63,973 bases of DNA, filler included, from Circinaria calcarea (GCA_051942165.1; 14 parts of 14 records of this genome joined end to end with filler, not necessarily neighbours in it), one strand, 5' to 3'; numbered from the whole stretch's first letter, positions 24,186 through 36,661 are shown. Program-made: numbers and translations. Notes: generated by a model not told the origin, from the sequence alone.

Positions 24186-25816
24186 GGTCAAGGAGATGAT
24201 TCGCGACGCTTTCCAATACCTATCCAAACCATGCAGGTGCAAGAGCTATATACTTTCATTGCCCAAGAGGAGCCCTGTCCAGTCCGTCGACGACGCAATG
24301 CATGAGATCTTCCTGGGAGACTCGCTCGCAGCAATGACAGCGGGGGCTTTCCATCCTCGCTCAATCAGCTTCATCTTCAACCGCACGTGGGCACGTGGCG
24401 AGATGCACGATAAAGCTCTTTCCAGGCAGTCTTCCCACCTCCCATCTCAGGATCCCCGTCCCGCCATGCGCTAATACTCGGAGCGCCACCCACCTTATCC
24501 CGTTGTAGGTAGGTGCTCCCTCCGTAAGGCCCCGCTTGTTCTCCTCCTGTCCTCGGGACCTGCAGAAAAGCTGGGACCTGGCATCCAATGAGAGTGTCGG
24601 AGCAGTCTCCGTGGGCCTTTGCATATGCGCGGTGACGTACGGAACTCCGCGAATTGCTTGAAGGCCAGCTCTTCTACCATAGGTCGTACCGGCTCCTGCG
24701 AATAGGACGAGCAGTCTAGCGACACTCATGCTAGCCGTATTCCTTCCATCGTAAGTACTTGTGTGATCTATCCGGATATCTATCAGACACAAAGGCCTTT
24801 GAGGAGTGCTCTCTACACCGTATCAATAGTAATATATATAACCCGTACTTCGAAACTTGTGCCCCTGCGATAAGTCCCGTCTTGACAGCAATAGCTTTCC
24901 TGGAAACCGAGAAATAGATATGCTCAACGGGATAAAATCGATCCTTTTCAAGCTTAAAGATTGCAGGAATTTATCGGCGCAAGATACGGAGTATTTCCGA
25001 ATCCGACGTTAAGATCTGGTCATTGTTTATATTTTAGCCGGAGAATTAAACCAAATCCCCCAAGCGAAAAAGAGAGAAAGGGAGGTGTGTATGGAATGCG
25101 TGTGGGAGAATTACTCGAGTGACCACTGAGATATAGAGCAACAGGCGCGCCTAATTAGCACGCTGTTCTCCCCGCTATTTTCTCCCAAAGCCCTCCTCCA
25201 ATTTATAACAGTCGGCTCATTCGGTCTTCAAATAAAGGCCACCAGTTGACGAGCACTTCGTACGGGGGCCTTATAGTACGCCCCTGTTGTTAGTGAGTAC
25301 AGTAGGTAAATTGAGGGTTCCGGCGGGTTCTTACAGATAGGTGTTCAGCCCGTTTGCAAATGGATTCCTTGTTGAGTGGCTGTTACGCACACATTTAATG
25401 ATCTCGCAAGTTCAGACTGCTTTGCTTCGCTGCTCTGGATATCTGGCCAGTTTGACGCCTCGAGGTTACGAACAGCAAGCTCATATAGTTTTGCAAGCTT
25501 GTAGTTCCTCGAAGAGCTGCACATGCTTGTGAAATTCTTTCGATATCAGAGTACACAATCCACTGTGTTTAGTTCCATTCGTGACGGCGAGTTTCTGTAG
25601 TCGCCTGTATAGCTAAATACTGGCAAATCGCTCAACAGTAACCTGCTACCGAACTGCTGATGCCTCCACAATCCATGTGCCGAATACGTTCCGTGTAGCC
25701 TCGCCCAGCCTGGTACCTTGCTGGTAGTGCCCTGGGGCCCCAAGGTCGTAGTCTTACTTAAGTATATATCCCAAAGGAAAAACCCTGTACCTCGAAAAGG
25801 ACTTCGATATAGTCCT

Positions 25817-27403
25817 CTACGACCTCTTTATAAGATCACGAGCTAGGTCCGCAATAAGATCCCTCGCTTGCTGCTGCGTTACGCCCCGACTAAGCTCCTT
25901 CGTCTTGGTCTCCAACCTCTTCCAAACCTCAATAAACTTGCCCTTTGTCTGGTCACTCGTGCTCGCACCAAAAGCAGTAATTGCATCGTGCATGACGGTG
26001 TAATTACTCAGCTTACTCACATCCTCCTCCTTCAATCCAACTTTGCCATACATGGACCCAATCTTGGCACAATACATAATCAGGGCCGCTAGTCCCGCAC
26101 CCAGGGCCGTTGCAACGGAAGATCCGGTTTCTGCAGACAAATTCTGTACTCCTGGTGGAGCCTTGGTGTGGCGTTGGACCACTTCCACGCCAGGGAAAAT
26201 GTAGTCTAGCTTGTCAAGTGAGCCGGCTCTTTCATAGGGCAGGCCGCTTGGGTTAGCTGCGCCGATCTTAAAGACCGCTTCACTTCTGTAGCCAGAGGGG
26301 TAATGGGGGTCTGAGAAGTGGCCACTATCTTTGGAGGAGCAGAACATCAGGATGTTGTTCTCTATAGCTTTCTCGAGGGCATTGTCAAAGGCTTTCTTGA
26401 TGCCACCTGTCGGAGGTGCCACGGTCCATGACATGGAGATAATATGGGCTCCTCTGTCAACGGCAGCCTCGATTGCCTGGGAGGAACGTTAGCATACAAT
26501 ATGGCGGTGTTTAAGAATGGAGATGTTGGTATATACCAGTGCCGCGCTTTCGACATCAATCAGGCCCTTCTGGCCGAGCGTGTTGAGCCTGATGGGATAG
26601 ACCTTAACCATCGGACAAACTCGGCAGATCATGCTGGCCATGACGGTGCCGTGACCACGCTCGGATACATACCACGGGCGGATTCTGTCCCCCTCGTAGC
26701 TAAGGGTCCTGCCGGTGAGAATGCTGCCCATCAAAGGCGGGTGGGTATGGTCCACACCATCGTCGATAAGGGCAACAATGACTTCTTGAGGCTTTTTATC
26801 CTTTGACTCCGACAAAATCTTTGACCAGACGTTCCAAATCTGGTCACCAAATTTATCCACACACTCGAGCCATCTATGAGAAGGAAAGGACAAACCGCTT
26901 TTCTCACCTGACACTGAAGCATTGGTGTTAATGCTTCGCTGACCATAGCCGTCCAGCCCGCCTCGGACTTCAATTGGTCTGAAGGCCATCTTTGGTTGCT
27001 GCGGGTCAAACAGTTCGGTTTTTATCTTCTCCTCTGCCTTTATCTCGGCGAGGGTGCCGGTGTCCACCCTCTGCAGCTCGACTTTAGTCTTCTCTGGGCT
27101 TCTATTTTCGGCTGTTGCCTTCGGGATAGCTAATGCTGCTGGATATGGAGTCTTTAGGCGTGTCTCGAACATTTCTAGGTTTTCTTGTGTACAAGCTCTC
27201 GGCTCGAGAGTCTGCTTCGTTCATTAGTCATAACTCACAGGCGAAACATTCGAGCGTCTTACACTATCAACGGAGAGATGAACGACGCCCAAATTAGGAG
27301 CCATTCTCAATCCGCATGGCTCACTCCAGCCTCGCAGGACCGTATTGTTGCCACTCCAATGCAGATGCACCTCCCTCAATTCCTTGCTGGCATTGACAAT
27401 AGT
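25817..27403 (-). CDS. Intracellular subtilisin-like S8 serine protease (5'-truncated); 2 introns
   Basis: Triad VALIDDGVD / GHGTVMA / TGSSVATALGAGLAALI, plus IISMSWT, LMFCSSKD and YIFPG. Upstream exon ELREVHLHWSGNNTVLRGWSEPCGL. Confidence 0.88.
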
Positions 27404-27503
27404 NNNNNNNNNNNNNNNNNNNNNNNNNNNNNNNNNNNNNNNNNNNNTTAATTAATTAANNNNNNNNNNNNNNNNNNNNNNNNNNNNNNNNNNNNNNNNN
27501 NNN

Positions 27504-27623
27504 AGCGATGGTTGCTAGAATGATAAGACATATGCTTGATCCCTTCAGCGCTGGTGTCTTGTCCTGCTTGTAGTTTGCCAGTTGATATGCGATTTCTTCT
27601 GGGCTGATATTAACGGAAGGCAT
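27504..27623 (-). CDS. N-terminus of a PTH11-like (fungal rhodopsin-domain) membrane protein, truncated; missed by ORF track
   Basis: Manual translation MPSVNISPEEIAYQLANYKQDKTPALKGSSICLIILATIA runs off the contig. It has the typical EIAYQLA..D start followed by TM1. Confidence 0.6.
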
Positions 27624-28296
27624 TGCGCCAGAATGAAGATAACTCGAGTAAATGGAGCGGAGACCATATTGAGCTTGCGCTCAGTGCTATATAGGCATAT
27701 GCCAAGTCCATTCTGTGCCGCAGGTGGACAATACTGATTTGGGTGAAGAAGGGAATAGCCAAGCTCTAGTAGGCTGTTCGATAGGATTGAGCAATGGACT
27801 GCCCCGTACAGGACCGATTCAGCCGGGGGAAAGGTCATGCAAAGTCGGATGGTTGGCGAAGATTACTGGCATAACCCGGTGTTGGCAGTGAGTGAGGAGG
27901 GTCACACTGCATGAAGTCAAACGTTGATTCGTTGAAATAGCTTTAACCTCATCACGAGCACGATGCGCTGGTTACATCGGGGCCATGCCCATTTGCGGAG
28001 TATTAACGAGATCGAGACTAACCCCTCGGCTGTGTTGATGCCACTACTGCAAACAATAACGGGGCGGGGTTGTTTCAGCGAGTCTTGGCACCGCCAACGC
28101 CCGTATCGAGATCTACAGTCTCAAGTACCTCCGTACATCGTACATCGTACATGCGTCTCATTCCTCCGGGGCCGTACGGAGTACAGAGCATACAGAGTAA
28201 TGCTTGCCAAAACAAAACACAAGCTCCACTTGTTAAGCTCCCCCAGAAAGCTTGACACCGTAGATATTTCGAGTTGCTACAAGCTCTACGGATGAA

Positions 28297-29796
28297 ATGT
28301 CGGTCATGACTGACGGGCCCCTGAACGCTGTCGTCGTCAGTATGTCAAGCCTTGAAGACGGTCGGTTTTTGATCGCTAACCGTTTTGCTCGCAACGTCAG
28401 GTCGGCGGTTCCCTTGCTGGGCTGATGTACGGCATCGTCCTTAAACGCCTTGGCCACAACGTTCATATTCTTGAGCGGGATTCGTCCGCATTGCACAGTC
28501 GTGGAGCCGGAATCACTGCCATGGAGAATGTAGAAGCCTTCTTCAATGCCTACGATGTGGTGAAGCGGCCATGGTCTATTATCAGCCCCAACATGCAATT
28601 CCTCAACCGGAAAGCAGAGGTCGTCAAGACGTGGAATATGGAGCTTCAAATGACCAGCTGGACCACTCTGTACTACCGCCTAAGAGCAAACTTCGATGGC
28701 TTGCAGAGCAAATACTGCCCGGAGCTACCCAGCATGACACCTGAAAAAAGAGAAGGGACGCTGGCGGATGGCGTGGGAAAAGCAAAGTACGACCAAGGCA
28801 AGACTGTGACCGATGTCAAGGAGACAAATGGAACTATGACGGTTCTATTCAGTAGCATGGACGGTGGAGGCAGCATAGAAGCCGATCTGGTAATAGCCGC
28901 CGACGGACCAAGTTCTACAATTCGCCAGATCGTGCAGCCTGAGGTGCAGCGCAAGTATATTGGCTATGTTGCGTGGCGAGGCACTGTAGTCGAGAAAGAG
29001 GTTTCGGAGGCCACGAAGGGAGTATTCCGAGAGAGGCTTACATATTATCGCATGAGCGGAAGTCACATACTCCTGTAAGCAGCTCGCAGGACGAACAAAG
29101 TCGTCAAAACCTACCTACGGCAACTAATACTCGCGCACCAGATATCTTATTCCTGGCGAGAACGGCAGCCTCGAACCAGGTGAACGTGTGTTGAATTATG
29201 TGTGGTACACCTGTGAATCCGAAGAAAAGCTCGACCAAATCCTTACCAATGCCAACGGCCATCGTCACCGCGTCACTCTTCCCGCAGGGGAGATTCGCGA
29301 GGAGGTCTGGGCGAAGCAAGTCGAGCGAGCGGTGAACGATTTGCCAACTCCATTCGCAGAATTGGTTCAAAAGACTACGCAGCCTTTCGTACAAGCGATT
29401 ACAGACGTGACTTCAGGGCCTCCTTCGTTCTTTAACGGGAAATTAATATTTGTCGGTGATGCCCTGGCAGCGTTTCGCCCACACGTTGCCTGTAGTACCA
29501 ACCAAGCTGCGTTGCATGCCCTGCTGTTCGAGAAGGTCATGACAGGAGCCATGACACTACAGGAATGGGAAGACCAGTCTTTGCAATATGCCCAAGTCAC
29601 CAGTCTCCTCAGCGTCGTTCTCGGAAACATGAACCAATCTGATTTCTGGTCGCTACCTGCGAGTGTGTTTTGGTTCGGCCGAGCATGGATCATGCAATGG
29701 ATCCGGAAGCGTTGGCTTGGGGTCTCCGCTGAAGCGCCACATTCGCTGGCGCGGCGAATTCCAACCTCGGTATCGTCACTCATGAAGTTTAGGTAG
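28297..29796 (+). CDS. Group A FAD-dependent monooxygenase (2,6-dihydroxypyridine hydroxylase-like); 2 introns
   Basis: LNAVV|VGGSLAGL split by a GTCAGT..CAG intron, GAGI, IAADGPSS, YVAWRG, LNYVWY and VGDALAAFRPH. Confidence 0.88.
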
Positions 29797-30112
29797 AAGG
29801 AGATGGTGTCCCATGGTAGAGCGGAAACCTGACCATGCTGCGGCGTGCTGTATCTGGAGAATAACCCAATCCATACATGACGGACAGTTGATATAGACGG
29901 AAATACGCTCTTCAGTAGAGAAAAGAAAAAACAAAGAGACGGTTGAACCTAAACGCTCATTGAAAATTAAAACTTTGTTTTTCCGTGGATTGTGAACAGT
30001 CGTACGATGCATTCCTATACTAATTGTATCGAGCTATAATATATTCCCGCCACTGCCCAAGTATCTCCTCCCCCTCCCTCCTTCTCCTCCTCCTCCTTGG
30101 GATCTACCGTAC

Positions 30113-30160
30113 CCCAATCCCAATCCCAATCCCAATCCCAATCCCAATCCCAATCCCAAT
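30113..30160 (+). repeat. (CCCAAT)8 microsatellite followed by A-rich low-complexity sequence
   Basis: Eight perfect hexamer units. Confidence 0.95.
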
Positions 30161-31388
30161 CCCCTTCAGTGCCCCCCAAACCAAACCAAACCAAAAACCG
30201 AATCTTCCACAAGAAAGAAAGAAAGGAAAACTCAGGCGCAGCGACTTTTTCAAAACCTCCCCAAACCCTTCCTTCCCCTGATTGTAAAAAAAAAAAGAAA
30301 AAAAAGGGGGAGGTGTCAACGCGCGTGCCTGACGGCTTGCAGATCTCTCTCTCTCTTCATTGTTCTGTTCTGCAGTAGCACACTTCCTCGGGATAATCTC
30401 GATCGATCGATTCGAGCGATGCGGGGAAGTGTTGTTTTTTTGGGGACTCGGTTTATTTCCCTTGGGTTAGCTTGGGGAGAGGGTTGGAGGTTAGAGGTTT
30501 TTAGATGTAGAAAGGAAAGTACAGAGCTTCGAATTTTTTGAAAGCTCCTGCTTAGGTATAAAAGTTTGTAATGTATGGATAGTCCCAAAAAGTTTTTACT
30601 GTGCTCCAAAATGGAAGTACTCAAAAAGCATTTGATTTTGGTGGAGAAAATCATCTAATCTAGTCTTCTTCCTTGGATCCTTTCATCGGTATCATGAACC
30701 TTCTTGGGTTATAGCGCTCGATCCATTAACCGGGTGAAATAAGTTGATCAATCAACTTTTGGGCTCTAGTTGATCCAGAGATCTTTCGTCTCCGTGTTAG
30801 AGCATTAGCTCCATAATGTGGTAGAACAAGGCCTTTCTACTATGCTCCTATATGTTCCTGTAAGGAACAGCAGGTTCACAGATCAATGTTGAATTTTGTT
30901 TTAGTTGTAGCAGTTGTCCTTTGTATGTATCCCCTTGGCTTCCATCAAGAATAAAGTCTCCTCCATACGTATATCATGAGAACACCACCGAAACAAACAT
31001 ACCAAACATCCACCGGTAGTGAAATCGAAAATCAATAGCAGAACATCAACGTCGTTATGCAAAAGTTCAAACAGTACACAGGTGAAAACACGTTAGCCCT
31101 CCAATTCTCGTGATATGTTCAATATCACGTAAGAGAAGTCCTCCTTGCGGAAATCATGTCCACATGGAATCCATCTGGTATATTTTTGGAATAAACGCTC
31201 CTCTCCAAGGTCCTAACAGGAGATATCCACACTGGTACACAAAGACACAATGAAAAGATAACGCGCAATCATGACTGGAATCATGATGCGCATACTGTGG
31301 GCTGCGACTTCCTCCTGTAGTGTATCCTAGGATCTATAATCCACTGTAAATGGGCTTCCATGTGGATGTCGTAATACTTGGTAGGTCA

Positions 31389-31982
31389 TTAATTGTTAGC
31401 AAGTTGCCCGGCTTCGATGCGTCGGATATTGGCTCCAATGCTTTGAAGAATTTCGTAGTCAGCTCCAATCTGTTGATGGCCCAAAGCATCCGTGGGGTCC
31501 AAGGCCTCCAGGCGGTCCTTCAAGGCGGCATGCTGTTCGCGCCATTTTTTTTGCATTGTCTGACGCTGCTTCCCTTGTGAGTTTGAAGCCAAGCTACTTT
31601 TGGGCGCCTTGGAAGTAGTATTGGCGCCAGCTATTGACTTCGTCCTCTTAGGGGCTGGGGGCTGAGAGTTGTTGGAGGTCCTTCTTTTGCGGATCGGCAG
31701 GGTAGCCTTACCATGATGCTGAGAACCCACTGATGATGGTGTGGGCGAAGTACTTCCAGTCGAGGATGGGGGCGCAGTATAATCATGTACTCTCTTCATA
31801 TGATCTTGCAGATTCCATCGGCGCGGAAAGCCGTTTCCAATAGTGGATCTATCACAGTCCTCGTAGGTACAAAGATACGGCTTCTCCCCATGGCCGTGCA
31901 TTCCGTGGGCTTCTCGCTCATGGCGGAGTAGACAGGCTGTCGACGAAAAAGGTACGGAAACACAGGAATAGACCTTGCATCG
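31389..31982 (-). CDS. C2H2 zinc-finger transcription factor, C-terminal part (5'-truncated)
   Basis: RCKVYSC...FSSTACLLRHEREAH and KPYLCTYEDC...FPRRWNLQDHMKRVH, then a basic NLS-like tract. Confidence 0.85.
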   Translation of the reverse strand, partial: RCKVYSCVSVPFSSTACLLRHEREAHGMHGHGEKPYLCTYEDCDRSTIGNGFPRRWNLQDHMKRVHDYTAPPSSTGSTSPTPSSVGSQHHGKATLPIRKRRTSNNSQPPAPKRTKSIAGANTTSKAPKSSLASNSQGKQRQTMQKKWREQHAALKDRLEALDPTDALGHQQIGADYEILQSIGANIRRIEAGQLANN

Positions 31983-33679
31983 NNNNNNNNNNNNNNNNNN
32001 NNNNNNNNNNNNNNNNNNNNNNNNNNTTAATTAATTAANNNNNNNNNNNNNNNNNNNNNNNNNNNNNNNNNNNNNNNNNNNNGGGAAAGAGAAAAGAAAG
32101 GGGCTGTATGGTTTGTAAGGCTTTGTAGGACTGTCTGTTTGGACTACGTTAGAAGTCTAGATAGGTCCGGGCTACGAGGGAGGAAAATTGCGGCGTTTGT
32201 CTTTTGGATAAAGGGGACACTTGAATGCAAAGAAAGGAAGGCGGGGGAGCTTTCATTCTGGGCCCGTACGTAGGTTCCTATCAAATGGAGCAAGATCGAG
32301 TAGCCCGAGGAACCGTAAAAAATAGAGATGTTGGACTTGAGCGTTGCGGAGGGCTTATTTCTTTCTTTCTTGGCAGCGAGTGGTGTTCGTAGTACGGATA
32401 GCTTTTTTGGCATGCAGCTTAATTCCTTTTGAGCGAGCTGAACAGTCAAATAGGTTGGGCGACGGGTTTTTGGTTGTGTGATGTTGAACTTCTATTTGAC
32501 TATCGAAGGAGGTCTAGTTATACATTTAATTCAAGGGAAAACTTGGACGCAAAGGATCTTGATTAGGGTAACTCAAGAGAGAGTTGCGCCTGAGAGCGGT
32601 CTTCAACGGTGTTTTCTGCCTGCAAGTCTGTTAGGCAATCTTTCATGATGGATAGATCAACGGTGGCTGTTTTGAGATTCGAATTCATAGTTCTATGTCA
32701 GGAACTATCTCCTTTGGTGGCTAACGTTCACCTCCAAGCTTTGTCATGGTTGCCCGTAGATTAGCAGTGGAATAAACACTAAAGAATTCGTTACCGATTT
32801 TCCGAGTTCACCTCCTTGACAGGTGAACTTCGTTTCCGAGCTTCGTTATTGCGGTTCCTCGGTTACCGTAGAATCTGTGGACTTGAAGATCACTCCTTCT
32901 GCCACCTCCTTGAACTGTCGAGTTTCGTTTTCAACCGTTCCTATTCGCCGTTCACAGATCCTTGGTGGTCTCTCTTAGTCCGAGTCTCGTAGCCTCCATC
33001 TAAGGAGGCTGTCTCGTGATAGTCGTCAAAGTACACATTAAGCTTCGTCCTCATAGTTTGAAAATCCCTGGTAAGCTCGCTAACCCTAACTCCCATTTCC
33101 ACCTCCAGAGCTGTCCTCTCCTGACATCTGTGCTTCGCTTCACAACTCATAGGTCCATTGATAGTTTCTTCAAGGAAAGATCTTGTGTTACTCTATCAAA
33201 GGATACCAATCTCCTCGGGAGCTGGAGTTTACCAACCAGGTTCAACTCCGTGACCCACAAGTCGCTGCTGGTCCGTTTGTCGTGGTAGTTCAGGTCCCTC
33301 GTTGGCTAAGTTGATTCCGTACCTAGGGTTCGCCTTCGAGCTTCGTTGTTTCAGCTCACATGTCCTCAATTTGCCTGAAGTAACCTCCACCCCTTTCACT
33401 GGACTACACCACCGTCGATCTTAGAGCGGCGCATCAAGCTTTACACCCAAGCCAATTCAACGAGCTCAAACTGTAAGGATCAACTGTAAACGTTCCTAAC
33501 ATCGCCTTCGAACTTAGTCGATGTCAAGTCTTCAGACTTAATTGGTAGGTCGTTGGAGCTGCTCTTAACCCTCTGTTTCTCATATAGCTCGTGGGCTGAT
33601 GGAATGGTTCAGCAAAACCTTTACACTTTCACCTGGTCAAACTCAGGTCCGTCGGCTTCTGGCGATAAGTCCCCTAGAT

Positions 33680-34423
33680 ATGCAGACCTCGATGGATTCC
33701 ACAGAATTTCAGGCCTTTCCCTTCCTAAAACTCCCACCAGAACTTCGAAGAAAAGTCTATCACCACGTCCTGGTCTTCCCAGATCCGATTCGTCCGGTCC
33801 CGAGATCCAAGGTAATGTTCCTGGCCAACCATGAACATGTTTGCCTTTTGAACCACCATGTTTACAAAAAGGGAAAGCGCGGTGCTTCAGGACATGAAGA
33901 GATCGATTGTCTAGACCCATTCACGATGACCAACAAACTCATACCCGTCCCTGATAGTGTACTCTCTCTTCTTGGTACCTGTAAACAAATATCCCAAGAA
34001 GCTGAGCATATCTTTTATCAAAAGAATCACTTCGTTTTCAAAAATTTGACCAGGACAGCAAGATTCCTGCGTGGGATTGGCAATCGACGCCAGTTCCTGA
34101 CCGAACTAAGCTTCACTTTCGGGACCGAAAAAGCGGATGTTGTTTTCCCGCTTCTGGCCAGAATCAAGTCTCTGAAGAAGCTCCACATTTTCATGAATAT
34201 CCAGTGGGACGACCTTCAAAAACGCATTAAATGCACTTTAGTTCCGCGGCGCTATGAATACAGTTGCCATAATGTCCCGGCTTTGGGGCATATGCTCCGT
34301 CTGAGAGGTTTAGAGATTCTCGAGCTTGGTGGGGTTGACACAGCCAACTGCGGTTTAGTTAACATCAATCAACCTGATGCCATTGGTCCATACATAAGGG
34401 AGACGATGACAGCGCCATATTAG
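33680..34423 (+). CDS. Fungal F-box-like hypothetical protein; start uncertain (33599 or 33680)
   Basis: FPFLKLPPELRRKVYHHVL and SLLGTCKQISQEAEHIFYQKNHFVF motifs, followed by LRR-like segments. Confidence 0.7.
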   Translation: MQTSMDSTEFQAFPFLKLPPELRRKVYHHVLVFPDPIRPVPRSKVMFLANHEHVCLLNHHVYKKGKRGASGHEEIDCLDPFTMTNKLIPVPDSVLSLLGTCKQISQEAEHIFYQKNHFVFKNLTRTARFLRGIGNRRQFLTELSFTFGTEKADVVFPLLARIKSLKKLHIFMNIQWDDLQKRIKCTLVPRRYEYSCHNVPALGHMLRLRGLEILELGGVDTANCGLVNINQPDAIGPYIRETMTAPY

Positions 34424-34888
34424 GAGAAGTCATCCAAGGTGAAGGCGAAAGCATCAGTCGATTCTGGGAAAACAAAAAAGAACGGTGGAAAATGAGGCAA
34501 TGGGACTGAAAGCACTTACGTTTAGATCGACGGTGATGATGTGTATCCTTGTTATGTTCCCAATCGGTGGCTCAGCGCAGACGTGTCAAACAAGTCCCGG
34601 CTCTTCCTACCACGGTATCGGACCCTTATGAAAATCTAATTCTTCTCCACAAGGCATCGGTACCTTCCTTGCAGCAGCGGACTTTCGAATCAACCTTCCA
34701 ATAGTTGTCAGATCACTCTCAGCTCTTCTAAAGTCATAACTGAAGCAATGTTTGATGCTGTCTCGGCCGAAGGTAGTAGAGCGTTCCGTTACAAATCTGG
34801 TCTGTACAGCCGAGATTCTTGTAAGCCAGTAGATAGCAAACCATTGGCAACTCTATCCAGATCGTCCGAGATAAGTGAGTTCTGTGGC

Positions 34889-35677
34889 TCACAGAGTCTT
34901 CAAAAGCCTTTTCACCAACTTCTTCTGATCGTCAAAGTCCAAACCTTGTCTGTCCGTTTCTTGTATTGCCTTTCCCACCAACAATATCTCTTTCACCCCC
35001 GCAGAATTTACCCAGACTCTTCCATTCCTTCCCACAGCGACTTCGAATGATACCTTCTCTGCGATCTCTTCTAATATCAATATACCCCCCTCGTCTTTCT
35101 GTTTTCCCATCAAAAGCCTCCGTGCCATACCCAAACTGATATCGAACACCATGCCTCCTTTTAACTCGCCCATACCTTCGCTCTTACCCGTCGATGGGTT
35201 ATAACATACGATCTCTGGTTCCATATACTTTGATGCAGATGCTACTCGTGCATACACCAGGCTACCCGCGGTGAGCTGAGGGCGGGTCTTTTTGCTGACT
35301 CCTTCAAAAGCGAGCTGCGGTAGCTGGGCAAACGCAGTGTGTGGCGTGAGAGAGCAGTGAAACCAATCGGTAGATGAATGATGAACTGTTGCGAGGACGA
35401 CATCGTTGGTTTGGGGTGTGTACTTGATAAGGAAGTTGGCTAATGAACTTTGATATACCAAGCAGAAGAGACTTACGCGGCCGGCATTATTTTCAACCCA
35501 AATGGCATTCTTCTTTCTGTCTATACACAGCGAGCCCGCAGTCGTGGGGGTGAAAATCGATGGCGGAAGGTGTCGTATACCTGGTCCTAACTTGAGAGGT
35601 ATGGAGGAATTTGAAGGAACTGGCAATATATCTAAAGAGATCTCGTCCCCTGGAAGCACGAGTGTTTGCATGGTCAT
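34889..35677 (-). CDS. RRP40: Exosome complex component RRP40; one 54-nt intron (35423-35476)
   Basis: VLPGD, KLGPG, LAFEGVSKKTRPQL..GSLVYARV, GELKGGM and FEVAVGRNGRVWV. Confidence 0.93.
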   Translation of the reverse strand: MTMQTLVLPGDEISLDILPVPSNSSIPLKLGPGIRHLPPSIFTPTTAGSLCIDRKKNAIWVENNAGRVSLFCLVYQSSLANFLIKYTPQTNDVVLATVHHSSTDWFHCSLTPHTAFAQLPQLAFEGVSKKTRPQLTAGSLVYARVASASKYMEPEIVCYNPSTGKSEGMGELKGGMVFDISLGMARRLLMGKQKDEGGILILEEIAEKVSFEVAVGRNGRVWVNSAGVKEILLVGKAIQETDRQGLDFDDQKKLVKRLLKTL

Positions 35678-35963
35678 TATCCTATGGATGTCAAAATTTG
35701 GAAAAGAAGATTAAATTGATGTTGTGTGAAGATTGACTGGATGAACGTGCTGATCTACAAGCTACGTCTACTGGCGTATGTCTATTGTACACTACGGCAC
35801 CGGCAGAACCTTCGGAAGCAATCTGAGAGCTCAGGGGTGAACAGCGCTAGTAAATTTTTGGACGGAAGAATTTCGGGAGCATTTTGGCGGTTATGGCCGT
35901 AATACAACGATATCCCAATGTACAGTCGCAGTTCATAATCCATCCTGGCGTTCATTTCATATA
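35678..35963. promoter_or_regulatory. Short bidirectional promoter shared by RRP40 and SSZ1
   Basis: 286 bp between head-to-head ATGs; contains TAAATTTTT at about 35851 (RRPE-like). Confidence 0.55.
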
Positions 35964-36560
35964 ATGAGTACAGACGACGACAACGGGGTGACTGTCACTC
36001 CACCTGAGCGGTATGCGATTGGCTTATCCTTTGGTAATTCCAACAGCTCAATCGCTCATACTTCTGGTGTATGCATCTTCCCGTCGCTATTCAGAAAGCA
36101 AATCCTAACAGTGTTCATGGAACAGGAGGGCAAAGCTGGGGTTATCGCAAATGAAGAGGGAGGTCAGTTGGCGAGCCATCATGTTTCCTTGGCATTTTCT
36201 CAGCGTCTTTGTCCTAACCGTTGGATCTGCAGATCGCCAAATACCGTCAATTCTTTCATACACCGGGGGCGAAGAATACCATGGTACCCAGGCTAAAGCA
36301 CAATTGGTGCGGAACAGCAAAAATACTGTGGCGTACTTTAGAGATTTCCTAGGCAAGAGGTATATCAATACTGGTGAATGACTGCGTGACAAGGCTGATT
36401 TCTCCCCCAGCTTCGATTCAATAGATCCTACTCCATGCCATGGCTCTGCACATCCCCAAAGATATGACTCCACAGTTGCTTTCAAAATCCAGGACACCGA
36501 GTCGGAGCAGGAAAATGTCGTTACAGTCTCAGAAATCACATCTCGTCATATTCGCCGGTT
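35964..36560 (+). CDS. SSZ1: Ribosome-associated complex atypical Hsp70, N-terminal part (3'-truncated); 3 introns
   Basis: AIGLSFGNSNSSIA|EGKAGVIANEEG|DRQIPSILSY..EEYHGTQAKAQLVRN..NTVAYFRDFLGK|SFDSIDPTPCH. Confidence 0.92.
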
Positions 36561-36661
36561 NNNNNNNNNNNNNNNNNNNNNNNNNNNNNNNNNNNNNNNN
36601 NNNNTTAATTAATTAANNNNNNNNNNNNNNNNNNNNNNNNNNNNNNNNNNNNNNNNNNNNG

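Noticed and set aside
30113..30160. (CCCAAT)8 as a telomeric repeat, or the IPIPIP/QSQSQS/DWDWDW ORFs as proteins
   Set aside because: The unit differs from CCCTAA, it is internal to the contig, and the ORFs are by-products of the microsatellite.
32760..33400. Possible decayed coiled-coil gene on the minus strand
   Set aside because: Purine-rich and coding-like, but broken by stops and frameshifts with no identifiable motif; cannot be supported as a feature.
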